From positions 16,616,001 through 16,680,000 of the forward strand of contig OZ116707.1 of assembly GCA_964199315.1 (NCBI GenBank): a stretch of 64,000 bases of DNA. Direction: 5' to 3'. Below the pieces are notes generated by a model that worked only from the letters and a program-made list of their open reading frames with translations, was not told the origin of the DNA and ran no database searches. The position numbers were made by a program, and so were the translations under genes. Position 1 is the stretch's first letter; the number at the start of each line of letters is the position of its first letter. This document shows positions 30,386 through 43,534 of this stretch, piece by piece. Source of the stretch: Orbicella franksi. Its lineage: Eukaryota.

Positions 30386-31863
30386 TAGCTTTTTTCTCAA
30401 GTAAACAGAAGTACAGGTGTTTTTGTTAGAACCTTGACTAATTTCCTTTCTTTGAAGCATTACTCAAGTCTTGGACATTTATGACTGCACTACTCAAATA
30501 TTACAATATTTAATGGTATCGTCATTAGTGATTTTCTGAGAACCGGTAGAAAATGTTTGAAAAAGGTAATTTAAAAGCCTCAAAGGGTATGTCTAGATCT
30601 TCTTTTCCGAATAGTGAAAAAATACTGAGTGTTTGATTTTACTTCTAGAGTAACTGGCTTTTCCTTGAAAAAATTAATGGTTAGCACACCTTGTCTTGAA
30701 GAATAATATTGAATAAGAGTTGGTCAGTAGCACATCCTATCATGGTTCGTTGCTGATGTAAAGTGTGATGCTTTAGAAGTGTTTTTACTGTTTTCTAATT
30801 GGACTATTTGGATAAATGAATTGTGATACTTGTACAACAATATTCTGAAACTTGTTTTAAAAACTGATTTGTAATTTTATCCAATAGAAATCATATCAGA
30901 TCTTAATTAACAAAGATTTTTATAATGTTATTATTAATTTTGTCTACCTCCTCAGTTTTTGTTTCAATTGAGATTACAATATCCAATACAGGACCATTTT
31001 GGAATAAGGTGTATTGTGCAGTTCTCTGTAGTGTTATCTAATCAGCCCTTCTCATTGCTCTCATCTTCACTTCACCTCTAATGGACTTCCTACATTGCTG
31101 AGTATTTTGTACACACTCTCTTGTAGTAAGAATAACATTTTTAACTGATTTGATTGGGTAACTTCACTGTGCTGCATTTTCAAAAGATACACTTCACAGT
31201 AAATTAAAATAAAACTGATATGCTTAGACTGAAACTGATTGTATCCCTGTGTTTTTTTATTGTTCCATAATACAATTAACATTATATTTTCAATCCAGTG
31301 TCACTGTGCAGAAACAAATTGATTTTAGAAAGGTTTGGGAAGCTGGAAGATATAATTTATCTTGAAGAAGATGATTAGAGACTCGTACAGGTAGAAAATA
31401 GCCTTTTTTATTGCGTCTTGTGGCTGGTATATAACAATTGTTATATACTTTACTAAAGACATTAATGGAATTAACTTTCCACAGATTTGCTTTGCTGTAA
31501 AATTGAAACATTTGCATAAACTTAAGATGTAATATTAGTCACAGCTCTTAACTCACATTGTTGTTGTCAATGATTAACAACATAATTTATGTATCGCAAG
31601 TAACAACTGGTATAAAGATGTGATATCGCTTACTGTGAATCTGCTTGACTATAGCAAAGAAGTATTCAAGCCTTCAATTCAAATTAATAAATTATGCTAT
31701 GTCATAGACAATACAGCCAATCAGAAAACAGGAAAGCCGTTGAATGCTTGATGGTATTACACCCTTCCCATCATTCCTTGCACTTATTGTGCCACTGTAT
31801 TCTTTGTGGCATGGTATAAAATAGATATGCAATACTTTTGAGTGGTCTACCATGGATTATTAT

Positions 31864-32160
31864 ATGGCTAGCTCCATGAGCAGGCAAGATGAATCAAATC
31901 CTGCACTGTGATTGGCTACCCGAGCTATCTTGCCCACTTAGGACTACCCACCGTGTCCCGCAAGAAAAATTTCTGCAAAAGCCATATAATAAATCCTTTA
32001 TTGACCAAGCTTGTTCAGACAAGATGGCTGCATATTGACCTCATTCTTTTTTTGCGAGTTTATGGACCTCGACTCCATCTTGAGTTTATAAACACACAAA
32101 AAAAGAACTTGGCCAACATCCAGCCATCTTGACTGAACGAGCCTGGTCAATAAGCCATAC
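31864..32160. mobile_element. Non-autonomous interspersed repeat, family type not determined
   Basis: Inverted internal motifs TTATTGACCAAGCTTGTTCAGACAAGATGGCTG / CAGCCATCTTGACTGAACGAGCCTGGTCAATAA, and termini TATATGGCT / AGCCATACATA. Confidence 0.6.
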
Positions 32161-34120
32161 ATATCCCATTTGTGTTTGCTTGGTATATACACTTGCCTAA
32201 GGTCATGTGCATACCAATACAAGTGACTTGTGGGTTATTCCATGGTATACCACTTGAAAGAGTGAGCAACTACCAGTAATGTACTTCTCCAAAAAGCCAC
32301 TTCATCCAGCAATGACTGTAAAAAATTATGGCAACAAACTTGCCCAAAAAACTGCACTTAGAATCCACTAGCCCCCCTCCAAAATCCACTAACCCTGGCT
32401 ACCAGGAAGGACTTTCTTTCCATGCTGCTAGTAACAGAATAAATCTACCCCTGGACTGTGTTGGAGAAAGGCTTCTGAGCTTCTGAGGTGCCAAGTTAAA
32501 ATTACTACCTTCTAGCTACAGAACCAATACTCTTATGTGTACATCGAATATTAAACTTTAAAAAAATAATCCCATTCTTGACAAAATCAGTGCACACTGC
32601 CACTGCTCATGAATGGAGGTGGTCGGTCATGCCTTGGTGTCCCTGGAAGACAAGATTATAAATCCAGATTAACAGTCTGTGTCAAATAGCTACTTAAAAC
32701 TATTTGTTTTGAAATCCTTCTTGTTTCTTACATGGGGATTTGCCAGACATAGAGACACGAGGTTGTGAGAAGATAGTGAGGAAAAAAAATCAGTTTTATA
32801 AATAATAATTATCCTAAGCGTCTGGTGAAAGAGTAATGTGGATGAATTATGATGAAAATATGGTACAGTAACATTAAGTCTTCAGTTCAGTCCTCGGCAA
32901 ATGAATATATTCCTTGAAGTGTTAAATCATTAAAAATGTGTGTGAGCCATGTTACTGACATGTAAATGGCAGGAGTGGAAAACAGGTAGAACATAAAAAT
33001 GCCAAGTAATTAAATGTGGCAAGTTAACTATTAGTCTGTACATGTAAATTCCTTCAAAAAAGTAATTTTCTGTTAATGTAAGTTCAACTTACAGTAATTT
33101 TAGAGTTGCAAACATTGACACTTGACTCCAGTTTTCATAGCACGACATAGCTGAATTATTTTGTAGTAATTTCGTTTTTCGATGTGCAGGATAATTCATG
33201 CATTCCAAATAATAAGTCAACTTTAAATTTATCTTGAGTTTTTCTTCCAAGAATAGAGAGTTTCTTTTTAAGCATGATGTCTACAGCAAATGGAAAAAAG
33301 GCAAATTACCTCTGATTTTGTGTTCTTTTCTTTTAATTCTTAATTAAATAACACACAAATAGAAAAACCTCTTCTACTATTCACTGCAAATACCGTGCAA
33401 ATATTTTGAAACTACTGTACAAACAGCTGACAAGATAGCAAAAGTTCTATTTTTTGCCATTTCCTGTTGCAAACGTCATGCTCAAACTCTCTTAGCTGGT
33501 AAAATAATATTGTTCGCAGACTTGTTAATCGCAGAGTGCTTGGAGAGTGACAGGGCTAAATGGGAGATTTATTTCTATCTTTGGCTGCTCTGTTTACCAG
33601 TCCAAGTCAAGCGTGTAGCTCCAACAAGACATGCTATTTTCCATGTTCCACTAGGCAAAATGAACCATACGCCATGTGGAACAATGCTGCCCTCAATACT
33701 GTCAGCACAACATAAACATCCAGACATCAGAAATCTCAATGGGACGTAATTAGCATGTCTGCCTTGTACTTCACCAGCAATTAACAGCAATAATTAATTT
33801 ATTCGACTAATAACCTCTGAACATAATTTACAGTTCAAATGGTGGTGTGTTAGTGTTCAGAAATGAATGAAATGTTAGAAAGGGTTATATTTTGAGAATG
33901 AATTAAACAGCTTATCAATTATAATAAAGATGCCAGTAGGGAGGTACTGTTCAATGCGAATGTCAAATGAGTTGTTGTTCATTTATTTCAAAAACACAAA
34001 ACACTTTCTGCTCAGGTGTGAGCAGATCATGCCTCCAGGGAACTTGTCAAACCTGTTTTCCACTCTGCTCTTCTTGCAGTTATCAAATCAAAAAATCTTA
34101 CTCACAAAGGCACCAAGTCT

Positions 34121-37100
34121 TCAGTCACCTTGAGCAGAGCCTGGGTAATACTGGTTGTTTCCGTGAGGTGATGACACATTCACACCAGGTTGAGGAGGCA
34201 GTCGGTATGGAGGGGGTGCTCCCAGGGGGGGGTCAGGTTCATATTCCTGCTGACTTGGGGAAGGATTCCTAATGAGTGAAGAATAATGTATTTATCAGAA
34301 GAAGGAGTTAAAAGAAAAATATGTGTTTAGTTCCAGTTGCAGGGAAGCACACCTTGTCAGGGCCACACATAGCCAGTAGTAACAGGCAAACCAGGGCACC
34401 TGCCTTGGTACAAGAAGTTACAGTTTTTTTTCTGTATTTCTTCATTACAGTATTTCAGGATCCTCTACGAGGCTATGTGTTAAAAAGATTAGCAGATATG
34501 AAAAAAAACATTGTGTTAATGCCTCGGTAAGAATTTCTGTGTGGCTAAGACCCAGTTTGTAAAAATTGGCCAATTGTCAAGTTTGCAAGTTTCGAGTGTT
34601 CAACTTTCTTGCAGCGAACAAGTGAGATATAAAGTTCAACACAAGAAGAGATATTCTATACCTTCAAGCAACCTTGACTTGTATTATTTTGTTTATTGTA
34701 GAAACATACCGACAACGACGTTTTCGATGATTTTACGAAGACTTCTGACCACCTTCCGAAGATTTCCACATGCCACATGAACATTTCCAAACATTTGTTG
34801 AAAATTTCCAAAGATTACTGAAAATTTCTGAAGGTAACCAAAGATTGCTGAAGACTTTCGAGGAAGATCCAAAGATATTTCAATCATACACCACCAAATT
34901 TAAGTATGGTTTAAGCATCAAACATGATACCTATTAGTAGTGAGGATATGGAAAATGTGCCACCTGAGTCCCAGATGTGGTTTCGTATGAATTTTACGGG
35001 TGGTATATTTTCCAGTAGAACACTTGTGTCTGTAATAAATAGAGGATATTACACGGTGGCGAGAAGATATGAATTTTATGTTCAAGTGGCAAGAACAATA
35101 TCTCACGAGTGAGCAAAGCGAACGAGTGAGATATTGTTCTTGCCACGAGAACATAAAATTCATATCTTCGAGCCAGCATGTAATGTTCTTTTTATTATAT
35201 GGAGAAACCAATTCAACAAAAGCAAAAGGCGGGAATCGTGCCGTCATTGAACGACACGACACTCACAAAGGTGACATACGGAAAATACGCCACTTGGGTC
35301 CCGGATGAAGTGGCGTATGGAATCTACGAGTGGTTTAGTTCCCAGTAAAACACTCTTCTCCATATAATAAAAGCTACAATGTCATCTGGCTTCACAAACT
35401 GGTACTTACTGCTTATAGGGTGTGGAAGTTTCTTTAGGCTCAGGACGATGGGCTGGGCCATCATGAGTAGTATCTCCATTCTGATGTGACAGCTGACGAA
35501 GTCGGAAAGTTGCCCGTAATATGGAGTCATGGTGTGACAGCTGCTGCCTGCAAGTGATACAGGGACTTTCATTTAATTTAAACCTTGGATTGTATATTTT
35601 TTGGTCCAAGTGCGTAATAACTATCAGGGCACATAAAGCAAAGTTGGGATAACATGAAAACAAGAGGTGACAAAAGTTCAGGTTAACTATGTGCACTCTG
35701 ACAGTGACTATCGCACACAGACTCACACATGTCACATAAATTAAAGCTTTAGATCAATTCTCAATAAATTTACTATTATTGATGATTGACGCACCGCTAC
35801 ACCTATACAATGAAATACAGTTGAACCCCTATTAAGTGGCCACCTATTAAACGGCCAACACTAACAGGCGACCAGTAATCAAAGTCCTGATGGGGGCTTT
35901 TCTATTGTTGTTACCTCTATTAAATGGTCAACCCCTTTTAGACGGCCACTATCCATTTCCCTGAGGGTGGCCATTTAATAGGGGTTGAACTGTACTTCTA
36001 CTTCTGACTAACCTTGCAGTCTCTGCATCCCTCTTTGGCCTAAAAATGCAAATTAAAGTTATTTAGTAAAATTATCATGTAAACACACCACACAAAGACA
36101 TAATTGAATTAAATTGTGAACCACTAGCTTCCAATTTAAATTTTCAAATCTAAATGTTGTGCAAATGTTCACGCCACAAATTCCAAGTCTATGGTTGGCC
36201 ATTCGTTTCAAAATTACAATAGAGTATACGCGGGTTTTTCTGCCGCGTATACTTGTTTACATATGTTACGTATGGGCTTTAAGCTCATATATACAACCAT
36301 TTAGATTGCGTTTATACGCATTTTTAAAGGGCCACATATTTGCATAAATTCAAGCGTGGGGATATGTGAAATAAATGCCCAAATATACGCGTCCTACAAG
36401 GACCCATATATACGCATGCTAAAATGCGTGTATATGCGGGTCTCGTAAATGACGTTTTATATGCCAGCACGAAATGTGCCTTTTAAGAGAATGGCTGTTC
36501 GCGTATGATAGCAATGAAAATTACTTTAACTAGGAATCGTCAATATGGCAGCAGTGGTAAAATGCCTTGTCGGACTATCTGCTATTAAATTTTTGTTACG
36601 GCAGCTCTCCAGTGAATGAACTTCTAGAAACTGTTATGCGTGTTTTGAATGACTGTTCAAGATTTTATCCTAACGCTAATCGTCGTGAAGTTGTGGATTG
36701 CTCTGTACCTCGTTTAGTGGCCTGCATAGCTTGGCGGTTTTTAGACAATTTGAACGTGCTAAGAAAGCCGTGAAGCCGCGATAACGAGCGCCAAATGCGG
36801 CGTAGCCACAAGGAGCCTGGGGGGTTCCTGCTTGTTTTCGCGGCTTTGTTGCTTTTTGTGCTCGCGCTCAAATTGCTTAAAAAATATCTAAACCGCCAAG
36901 CTAAGCAGGCTAATCTTTTAGTTGACTCATTCGACAGAGGTACCAAGGCGAATACTGAGAGGATACGGCCGCTAGAATCGCTGGTGAGACAAATGCAATA
37001 TTTACTACTTAGATGGGAAATGTTTGCATTAAGAGCAGTTTCATGCACCTCAGTGTACTCCCATTAGGGCTTTGCCAACTGTATCAGCTTCTAATGGAAG

Positions 37101-40100
37101 AGTGGGTCATCCAGCCTATGATATATCAATACCTCAAGGGGAGTTTTAGGAAACAGAATGTGAATTTAGTGTAAGTCCTATTGGGTCTTCACCAGATAAT
37201 TCATCTGGTTGGGTGTTATCATCAAATGTGTCCTTGACAGCTAGTATTTCCAGTATTACATATATCTTGTAAAATCACTGCGTTCACCCATATTGGCTGT
37301 GCGTACAGCATGGTTATTCCATGCCTCAACAAGGAGGTTTAACTGGTTGTTAATTCTGGAAAGAAATACGTAATACAAACAGAACAGATCAATTATGCTG
37401 GTCGATTCCAGGATGCCATTATCTTCCACCTGGTAAACAGAGTGTAGTGGAACTGACTGACTTCAATAAAGACTTCTCTCCAGAGACGCTCAATTCACTG
37501 GTTGTGTACAGACAACCCAGCAATTTTGCTTCTCCTATTAAATCCCCTGCGCCATAGCATAGCTCTTCCTACCTCTAAATTTTCATCCCCTTCGTCTAAA
37601 CACACCCTAGAGGGCAATCCATAACTTTGCACAGCAGCTAAGAAGAGAGCGAGCCCAGTCGCAGCAGAATTGTTTGTTGCACAACTCCAAGTCTAAAGCC
37701 CTGTCAAAACCACCGTGTATTACAAACCTCCAACTGATAAGGCAGTGTAGTCCATCGATGTGCCAGAGAGAATTAGGTCCCCTGACGCTGTCAACACGCC
37801 TTAAGATGGTATTGAACCACCTCAAATCAGACCCTATTAGGTCAGTTTGAAAAAAACTTTCCCTCACACGCTGACGCTGAACATAGATATTTCTACTTCA
37901 CAAATAACCCAGCATGATACTGAAATTTGGTGAAATTTTTCCCTTACAAGATATATTCACACTGAGATGTGAATGATGGTATTTTGGCTGACATGTTTGC
38001 AAGCAAGACCTACCTTCCTTCACGAAAACAAAACATGATGATGGCCAGAATGATTGCAATGATAATAACGACGATAAGTGGCAGGATCAGTATAAGGAGG
38101 AAGTCATTTCCAAAGTCCCTGACAGAAGAATCATACACTGGTGCGATGTATGTTGATTCATCAAATCCCTCTCCAGTGAGCCCTTGTTTAGTTGCATTGC
38201 TGACAACAATGGGTTTTTTACTCTTATCCATCTATCAACAAAAATAAAGAAAATAAAAATCTGTGAACATTCCTGTGAAAATATAAGAGGAATTAGTTTT
38301 CACAAGTTTATAAACAATAATTATAAACTACTATTAATTTATGTCTGCATCCCTTTCATTGGTTATTAGTCAAGAGTTGAAATGAAATTAATCATTGAAA
38401 TGACATGAAGTGTGCAATTAAAGAAAATATCAATACACTCCATGGAGAAACATTGGAAATTCTTTCGATAATGTGAAAAAGCTTAAAGATTTGGAAAGGA
38501 ACAAAGAAGCTTATCAGTGCTCAACCTTAGCGGTGGTCCACTAGCCCACAGCTAGTAGAAAATGGGTTTGGGCTACTAAAATTTCATAACGACTAGCCAC
38601 CGGGCTAGTCAAGGTACATGTAGAACAGGTTTGAGAAAGACAAATAAAGGGAAAAAAATCAGTTTTAGTTGATCGCGATGGAGAAAAATAAATTAAGAAA
38701 CTTATCAGTTATCTTGTGTTTTGCGATCGATAACTCCATTTGTGGTGAGTAGGACTGGCAGGAGGACTGAACACTAATGGGACCCGGTAATTCATGGACA
38801 TGCTGCCATGTGATGACCGCCATCTTTGATTTTGATCAGGGGCCTTGATCAGCAATGATGAAGAGGATAGACTCCTTTTTCATGAAATGCGATACTCCTA
38901 AGAAGAAACAGCGTGATGACAAGCAAGTCAAGGAAGATGAAGCAAGCAACTCACAACTGAAAGATCCTTCAAGTGCGAATGGACAAGCAACTCAAGCTCG
39001 TACCTCACTAAAGTAGCTTTCATCCCGAGTGGACAGCAACATTCCCCTAGGTCTATTACACAGATGGGAAAATGTTCTGTCACACTTGCCAGGAATGTCC
39101 AAAAAAGTCAAATGATTCTTCTAGTTTCGTCAGTGGATGCTCCAATTTTAAAATCAAATTCTTGAAGAGTCATGCAAGGTCCACAGGACATATCCAAGCT
39201 CAAGAGGCAACTCGTACAAAGGAAAGGCCTACGGCAGCTCCTCTGCCAAGTTCAACCCAGGCTTGGCTACCAGGTGATGTGGAGGCCTTACTACTTCAAA
39301 ACTTAATGAAATCCCATGGAGGGAGGATAAAATTTAAAAAAAACCTTAAAGGAAAGATATGGCTATTTTCTGAAACAACACTGCAAACATTACCAAGGTA
39401 AATTCACACCAGTTAATATCATAGGGTGGTTCCAATTGTTGGTTTGATGAATCCCGTAAACCAGCACATCCCCTGTATTCTGACGCAAGGACTGTGTAGT
39501 AAGATTCTCCGCCAACAGCTACATAAACACTACCAAAAAAGACATTTGACAATTTGTTATTAATGGCAATATTTAATTATATAATTCTGGTCTTTAAGCA
39601 TTTGAAATGCAGCAAGGTGAAAGTAAATTGCGAGCTAAATATTAAATTAAAATATCACCAACTTAATTAGCCATTTCCTAGTTGCTTTTTACCTCCAGTC
39701 TGTTTGAACACAAGTCCAGGTGCATAACTCTTTCATGTAGAAATGAGTTAGATTTGCAAGACAATGAACATGCAAGAAAAATTTATTTTCATATGAAAGG
39801 ATCTGCACAAAGACATTGTGAAACAGAGGTAAGGGCAACTCTGAAATAGTTTATTTACATCCCCAAACAAAATGTGACTCACCCCTCCTTTAGTGGTGGG
39901 ATTGGTACCCTCCCATCCCTGTCTAGTTTTGACTCCACTGAAGTAACCTTGACTCCACCTGTGGGCTGCCAAATTTTTTCCACCCTCCTGACAAAATTCA
40001 CACTTTCATCTCTCTCCAGGAACTCGGTGATGCTGCTATTCTGTACAAGAAACTCTGCCTGGTATTGTGGAATGTCTGTAACGCACATCAATAATATTCA

Positions 40101-43077
40101 TCTGATAAAGTTATTAATTAACATTATCTACAAAGCTGCAATTAGACATGTACGTTACATTTTACTTATCTTTATGCCACAATTTTTGTGACTGTGAAAA
40201 CACTTAGTATTTAATAAGGTAAAAACACTTAACATTTAATAATATAAAATCAGAGACCTGTAATAAAATAGTTATTGTAAACATGTAGGATGCAAAATCT
40301 AAAACCAATTAGTACAACATCTTGCTATTAACCTTAAATTCAGATCACAATCATTTGATCATCTGCATTTCATAATAATTATTAATACCGGTACTTAAAA
40401 TGATCAGACTCATTACTCTTTTGTTAAATGTACAGTATATCAGTATTTGGAAAGTTTGCAATTTAACTTTTCTTAAGTTCCTTAATTAAGTTTCAATTTA
40501 TAATTTTTCGCCACATACAAAATTTTAATTTATTCATACTTTTTACCAAATTGTGTCCACACAAAAATACAGCATTAACAATAATATTTATAATGTAGTT
40601 CAAGCTTATTAAAACTAGTAAAACTACATGTACCATTTAAGAGCCAGGGCAAACTGGCAATCACCTCTCTTGCATTGGCCTGTGCTGTTCAGTAATCTTT
40701 TGCAAACAAATTTAATAGTGAGACTGCGTCATGGATAGTTTATACAGGATGACACTATTTCCAAAAGATGAATTTCAATTTCTGTGCACAATTGTACATG
40801 TTACAACAAACCTTTGGACTTGTCAATGTTGATGATCATCTCCTGTCTTTTTGTTGTGTAGTCCTTTTTATTCCATCCTGTGATCTAAGAGACAAAAGTT
40901 TAATTTAATTTCACAAAATAATAATATCGCCATAATTTTGTTGCGCATGATGTGTGAATGTAATAGTCACACTTTTTAAAACTGGTAAAAAATTTTAACC
41001 AGAGAATGTTTTTACTTCTTAAAATAAGATCAAATTCTTCTTGATATATAAAATCCATTTATTTAGTAAGTATCAATTTGTATAGGTAATCATATTGAGG
41101 ATTTCCACTATGATTGATCTTTGAAAATTCTCTCAAAATTGCAAGAGCCTTTAGGCGAGTGCAATTTGAAAGAACTTCCAAATATCACAAGTACCGGTAG
41201 TGCAAATCCTTGATTGCTCGAGCTTTCATACGATTACTCATTTAGTATATTACGAACACGTGCGTGTTAATTCGCAGTGCAAATTAAGAATTAACGATAA
41301 ATTGACCTGCACTCAGCCAATCATAATGAAGTAATTTTCTCAGTTATATAATAAGCTGTCCAATAATATATCAGTGGCTATTAATATTGTTATAGTTGTA
41401 AGCCCCCTATTTAACATTTTGTTTGAGTCACCTCTTAAACTTTCAATTGACATTGAAAATTTGTATTAATTACCTAATGGTCCACTTACAGCAGCTGTAA
41501 TTTCAAAAATTATAATAAAATAATACAATTTACAGTGTGCAAATTTTATAAACATTTTCTAAAAACTTAATGTTCTTGACATTACTCATGAGAATAACTA
41601 ACTACAACTCTTTTCTTACCTCCAACACAATCTGACTGGATACTTCACGCCTAGGAGTGCCATAAATAAAGGCTCTATCCGTTGGATCTTTTTGTTCAAA
41701 ACGTAACCAGGGGGGAAGGTCTGGGGAACCTGATTTCGAAGCTATAAATCTAACTGGATCAGCTGAAAGACAAAAATGTAAGAATGTAGTAAAATTTGAC
41801 AAAATAATAACATCTTCCATTCCTGAAAACCAACTGCCAGGGAAACATTGTGTGTTCCTTGTCTTAAGGCTCATAGAGCCACCCTTCAATCAAGTTTCAA
41901 AGTGGTTGATTGAGGTGTAATACTTTAATTTCTAGCATTTTTTTAAGACAACCTTGTCATGGGCTTCATCTGGTCGCAGTTTAATCAAATTTATGAAAAT
42001 ATCAGGAAAGTAAGGGTGGAGTTCACATGATATCTGTTTGGCTATACTTCACAGAAATGGTAAAATCCCATATTCAGGCTAAGAATATTCATCGTAACAA
42101 AAAACTCTGTACTGAGGGAGTGTCGCTGCATTTATTCAGAGGTTTTTTCTTCTAAAAAGTCTTGCAATGTATTTTTTTCTTTCAAAAGACAATAAACTCA
42201 GTTGTCTGGTATATTGCTTTGGTTAACAGCATATGCTACTAACAGTAAAATTAAAATACTTTCTTTAGAATGAAGTTACACTGCATTAAACTTACAAGGA
42301 TCTGAGATGAAATCAGAGGCAAGGATTTCTTTCTGAAAAAATGTTCCAAGTGTGGCATCTGTTGTGATATTGACTGCTCTACACAGATGCAAGCACATGA
42401 AAAGGAAACCTGTAAAATAAGATATTAACACAATATCATTAATGGGGAATAAAGATCACTGTTAGTGTCTGAAGGATTAAAACTTTTGTACATGTAACAT
42501 AAAGCCATGTTGGTTCGTTAATGGCTTTAGTTAAGTTTCACTTTGATTCCTATCTACTTCTTGATGCAGTCACAACTATAAAAAAATAAATTATGCTCAA
42601 TACTGATACTCTGGCTTAGATTTCCTGTCATTTTAGAAATCTTCAGGAGATTTTAGACAAAGGAGGGAATTGGAAGTCTGCGTTAATTTAAATTTAATTA
42701 AATCAAAAGGAGATAAGATAGTGCTCTTTCCAACACAAGGCAGCAATATACAACTGCAGCTCGTCCGTCCGGCAAATTGCAGTTCTGCAGTAAAAAAAGA
42801 TGTACAACAAAACGCCAGCTCTATTGTGAACAAAGACACAATTACAAAGAACGGGGTTGAGAGCTCAAATATTCTTACAACAACAGGCCTGTCCATTGAT
42901 AATAATTCGAAAACTTAAAAATAGAGAAAAGATAAGAAGGGAGTTAATCTTGTGTTAGTCGCCGCAAAATTATAAAGTTCAACGAAAGAAAAATATATTC
43001 TCTTTTCATCAAAGATTTTTAATTAGTTCAGACTATACTGTAAGCCTACCAAGACAGCTGGCTTGTTTGAGATTCAT
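34121..43077 (-). CDS. SGCE: Alpha/epsilon-sarcoglycan-like type I membrane protein, 10 coding exons, 405 aa
   Basis: Exons: 43077-43050, 42409-42296, 41762-41620, 40884-40812, 40075-39883, 39529-39394, 38231-38014, 36039-36013, 35547-35410, 34268-34121; total 1218 nt. Signal peptide MNLKQASCLGFLFMCLHLCRA; family motifs SPDLPPWLRF...AFIYGTP, YQAEFLV, KLDRDGRVPIP..KEGVYV, INWCEFTL; TM FLLILILPLIVVIIIAIILAIIMFCFREG. Likely a co-ortholog of SGCA and SGCE. An upstream 5' UTR exon donor lies at about 43233. Confidence 0.9.
34620..35365. mobile_element. Composite repeat cluster with a central 107-bp palindrome (35063-35169)
   Basis: GAAGATATGAATTTTATGTTC..GTGGCAAGAACAATATCTCAC-GAGTGAGCAAAGCGAACGA-GTGAGATATTGTTCTTGCCAC..GAACATAAAATTCATATCTTC. 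The left part has GAAGA/GAAAAT sub-repeats. Confidence 0.7.
35818..35992. mobile_element. Tc1/mariner (pogo-type) MITE
   Basis: TIRs CAGTTGAACCCCTATTAAGTGGCCACC / GGTGGCCATTTAATAGGGGTTGAACTG, with a TA target duplication on both sides. Confidence 0.9.
37270..37885 (-). pseudogene. Degraded DDE integrase-core (RNase H fold) transposase of a DNA transposon (element about 36190-37900)
   Basis: Joined frames read VQRQRVRESF..DLIGSDLRWFNTILRRVDSVRGPNSLWHIDGLHCLISWRFVIHGGFD / TNNSAATGLALFLAAVQSYGLPSRVCLDEGDEN..SVHNQ*IERLWREVF..YVFLPRINNQLNLLVEAWNNH. There is an in-frame TGA at 37495-37497 and there are frameshifts. Confidence 0.85.
38515..39260 (+). mobile_element. hAT transposon 5' fragment with a broken TTF-type zinc-finger (ZNF862-like) transposase N-terminus
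   Basis: Begins CAGTGCTC with CTAG-rich subterminal motifs. The coding remnant from 38855 reads MMKRIDSFFMKCDTP..KKKQR, then SFHPEWTATFP*VYYTDGKMFCHTCQECPKKSNDSSSFVSGCSNFKIKFLKSHARSTGH, with a stop at a conserved Trp position. Confidence 0.75.
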
Positions 43078-43513
43078 CGTTTTCCAACCCGAACAGCGTC
43101 TTCGAGAATCTAGAAAGAATAAATAACGCCCTTCCTGTTAAAACAGTTAACTTAAGCTTTTAATAAACGCAACAGAGCAAATCCAACCTAATTACTTCTT
43201 GCATTTGTGAGCTATAACTGTGAGCATAACTTACCTTCTCTTCTATCTGTGAAGCTTCTGTCGGCTCCAGAACGTTTCGATGACCACGAGAGTCACCTAG
43301 AGTGCCAAATATAAACAAAGCGTTCCGTACTTCAAGCTTTTAAGGGTGAAAAATATCATACAGATGAATAACCTGCATATTTCAATCTCATTTCGAGCTG
43401 TTTTGGAATTTGTGGCAACTAGACTGTTGACGCCTTATGGAAATATCCGCTGACCAGATCAACAAATTCCCAGACGTCTTTGCGCCCGCCGTCGGCAATA
43501 TCCCGGATGCTTG

Positions 43514-43534
43514 CTCCCTCTCTTCCCTCTTTCG
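43514..43534 (+). promoter_or_regulatory. Polypyrimidine TCT initiator / 5'TOP candidate of RPL12
   Basis: CTCCCTCTCTTCCCTCTTTCG, containing CTCTTTC (43527-43533), about 105 nt upstream of the RPL12 ATG. TCT/TOP starts are typical of ribosomal protein genes. Confidence 0.55.

Noticed and set aside
36665-37067. 127-aa and 90-aa ORFs as host genes
   Set aside because: They lie inside the decayed transposon in a sarcoglycan intron and have no splice or domain support.
42633-42918. Overlapping 82-87-aa ORFs in sarcoglycan intron 1
   Set aside because: No domain similarity, and they are not needed for the in-phase exon chain.
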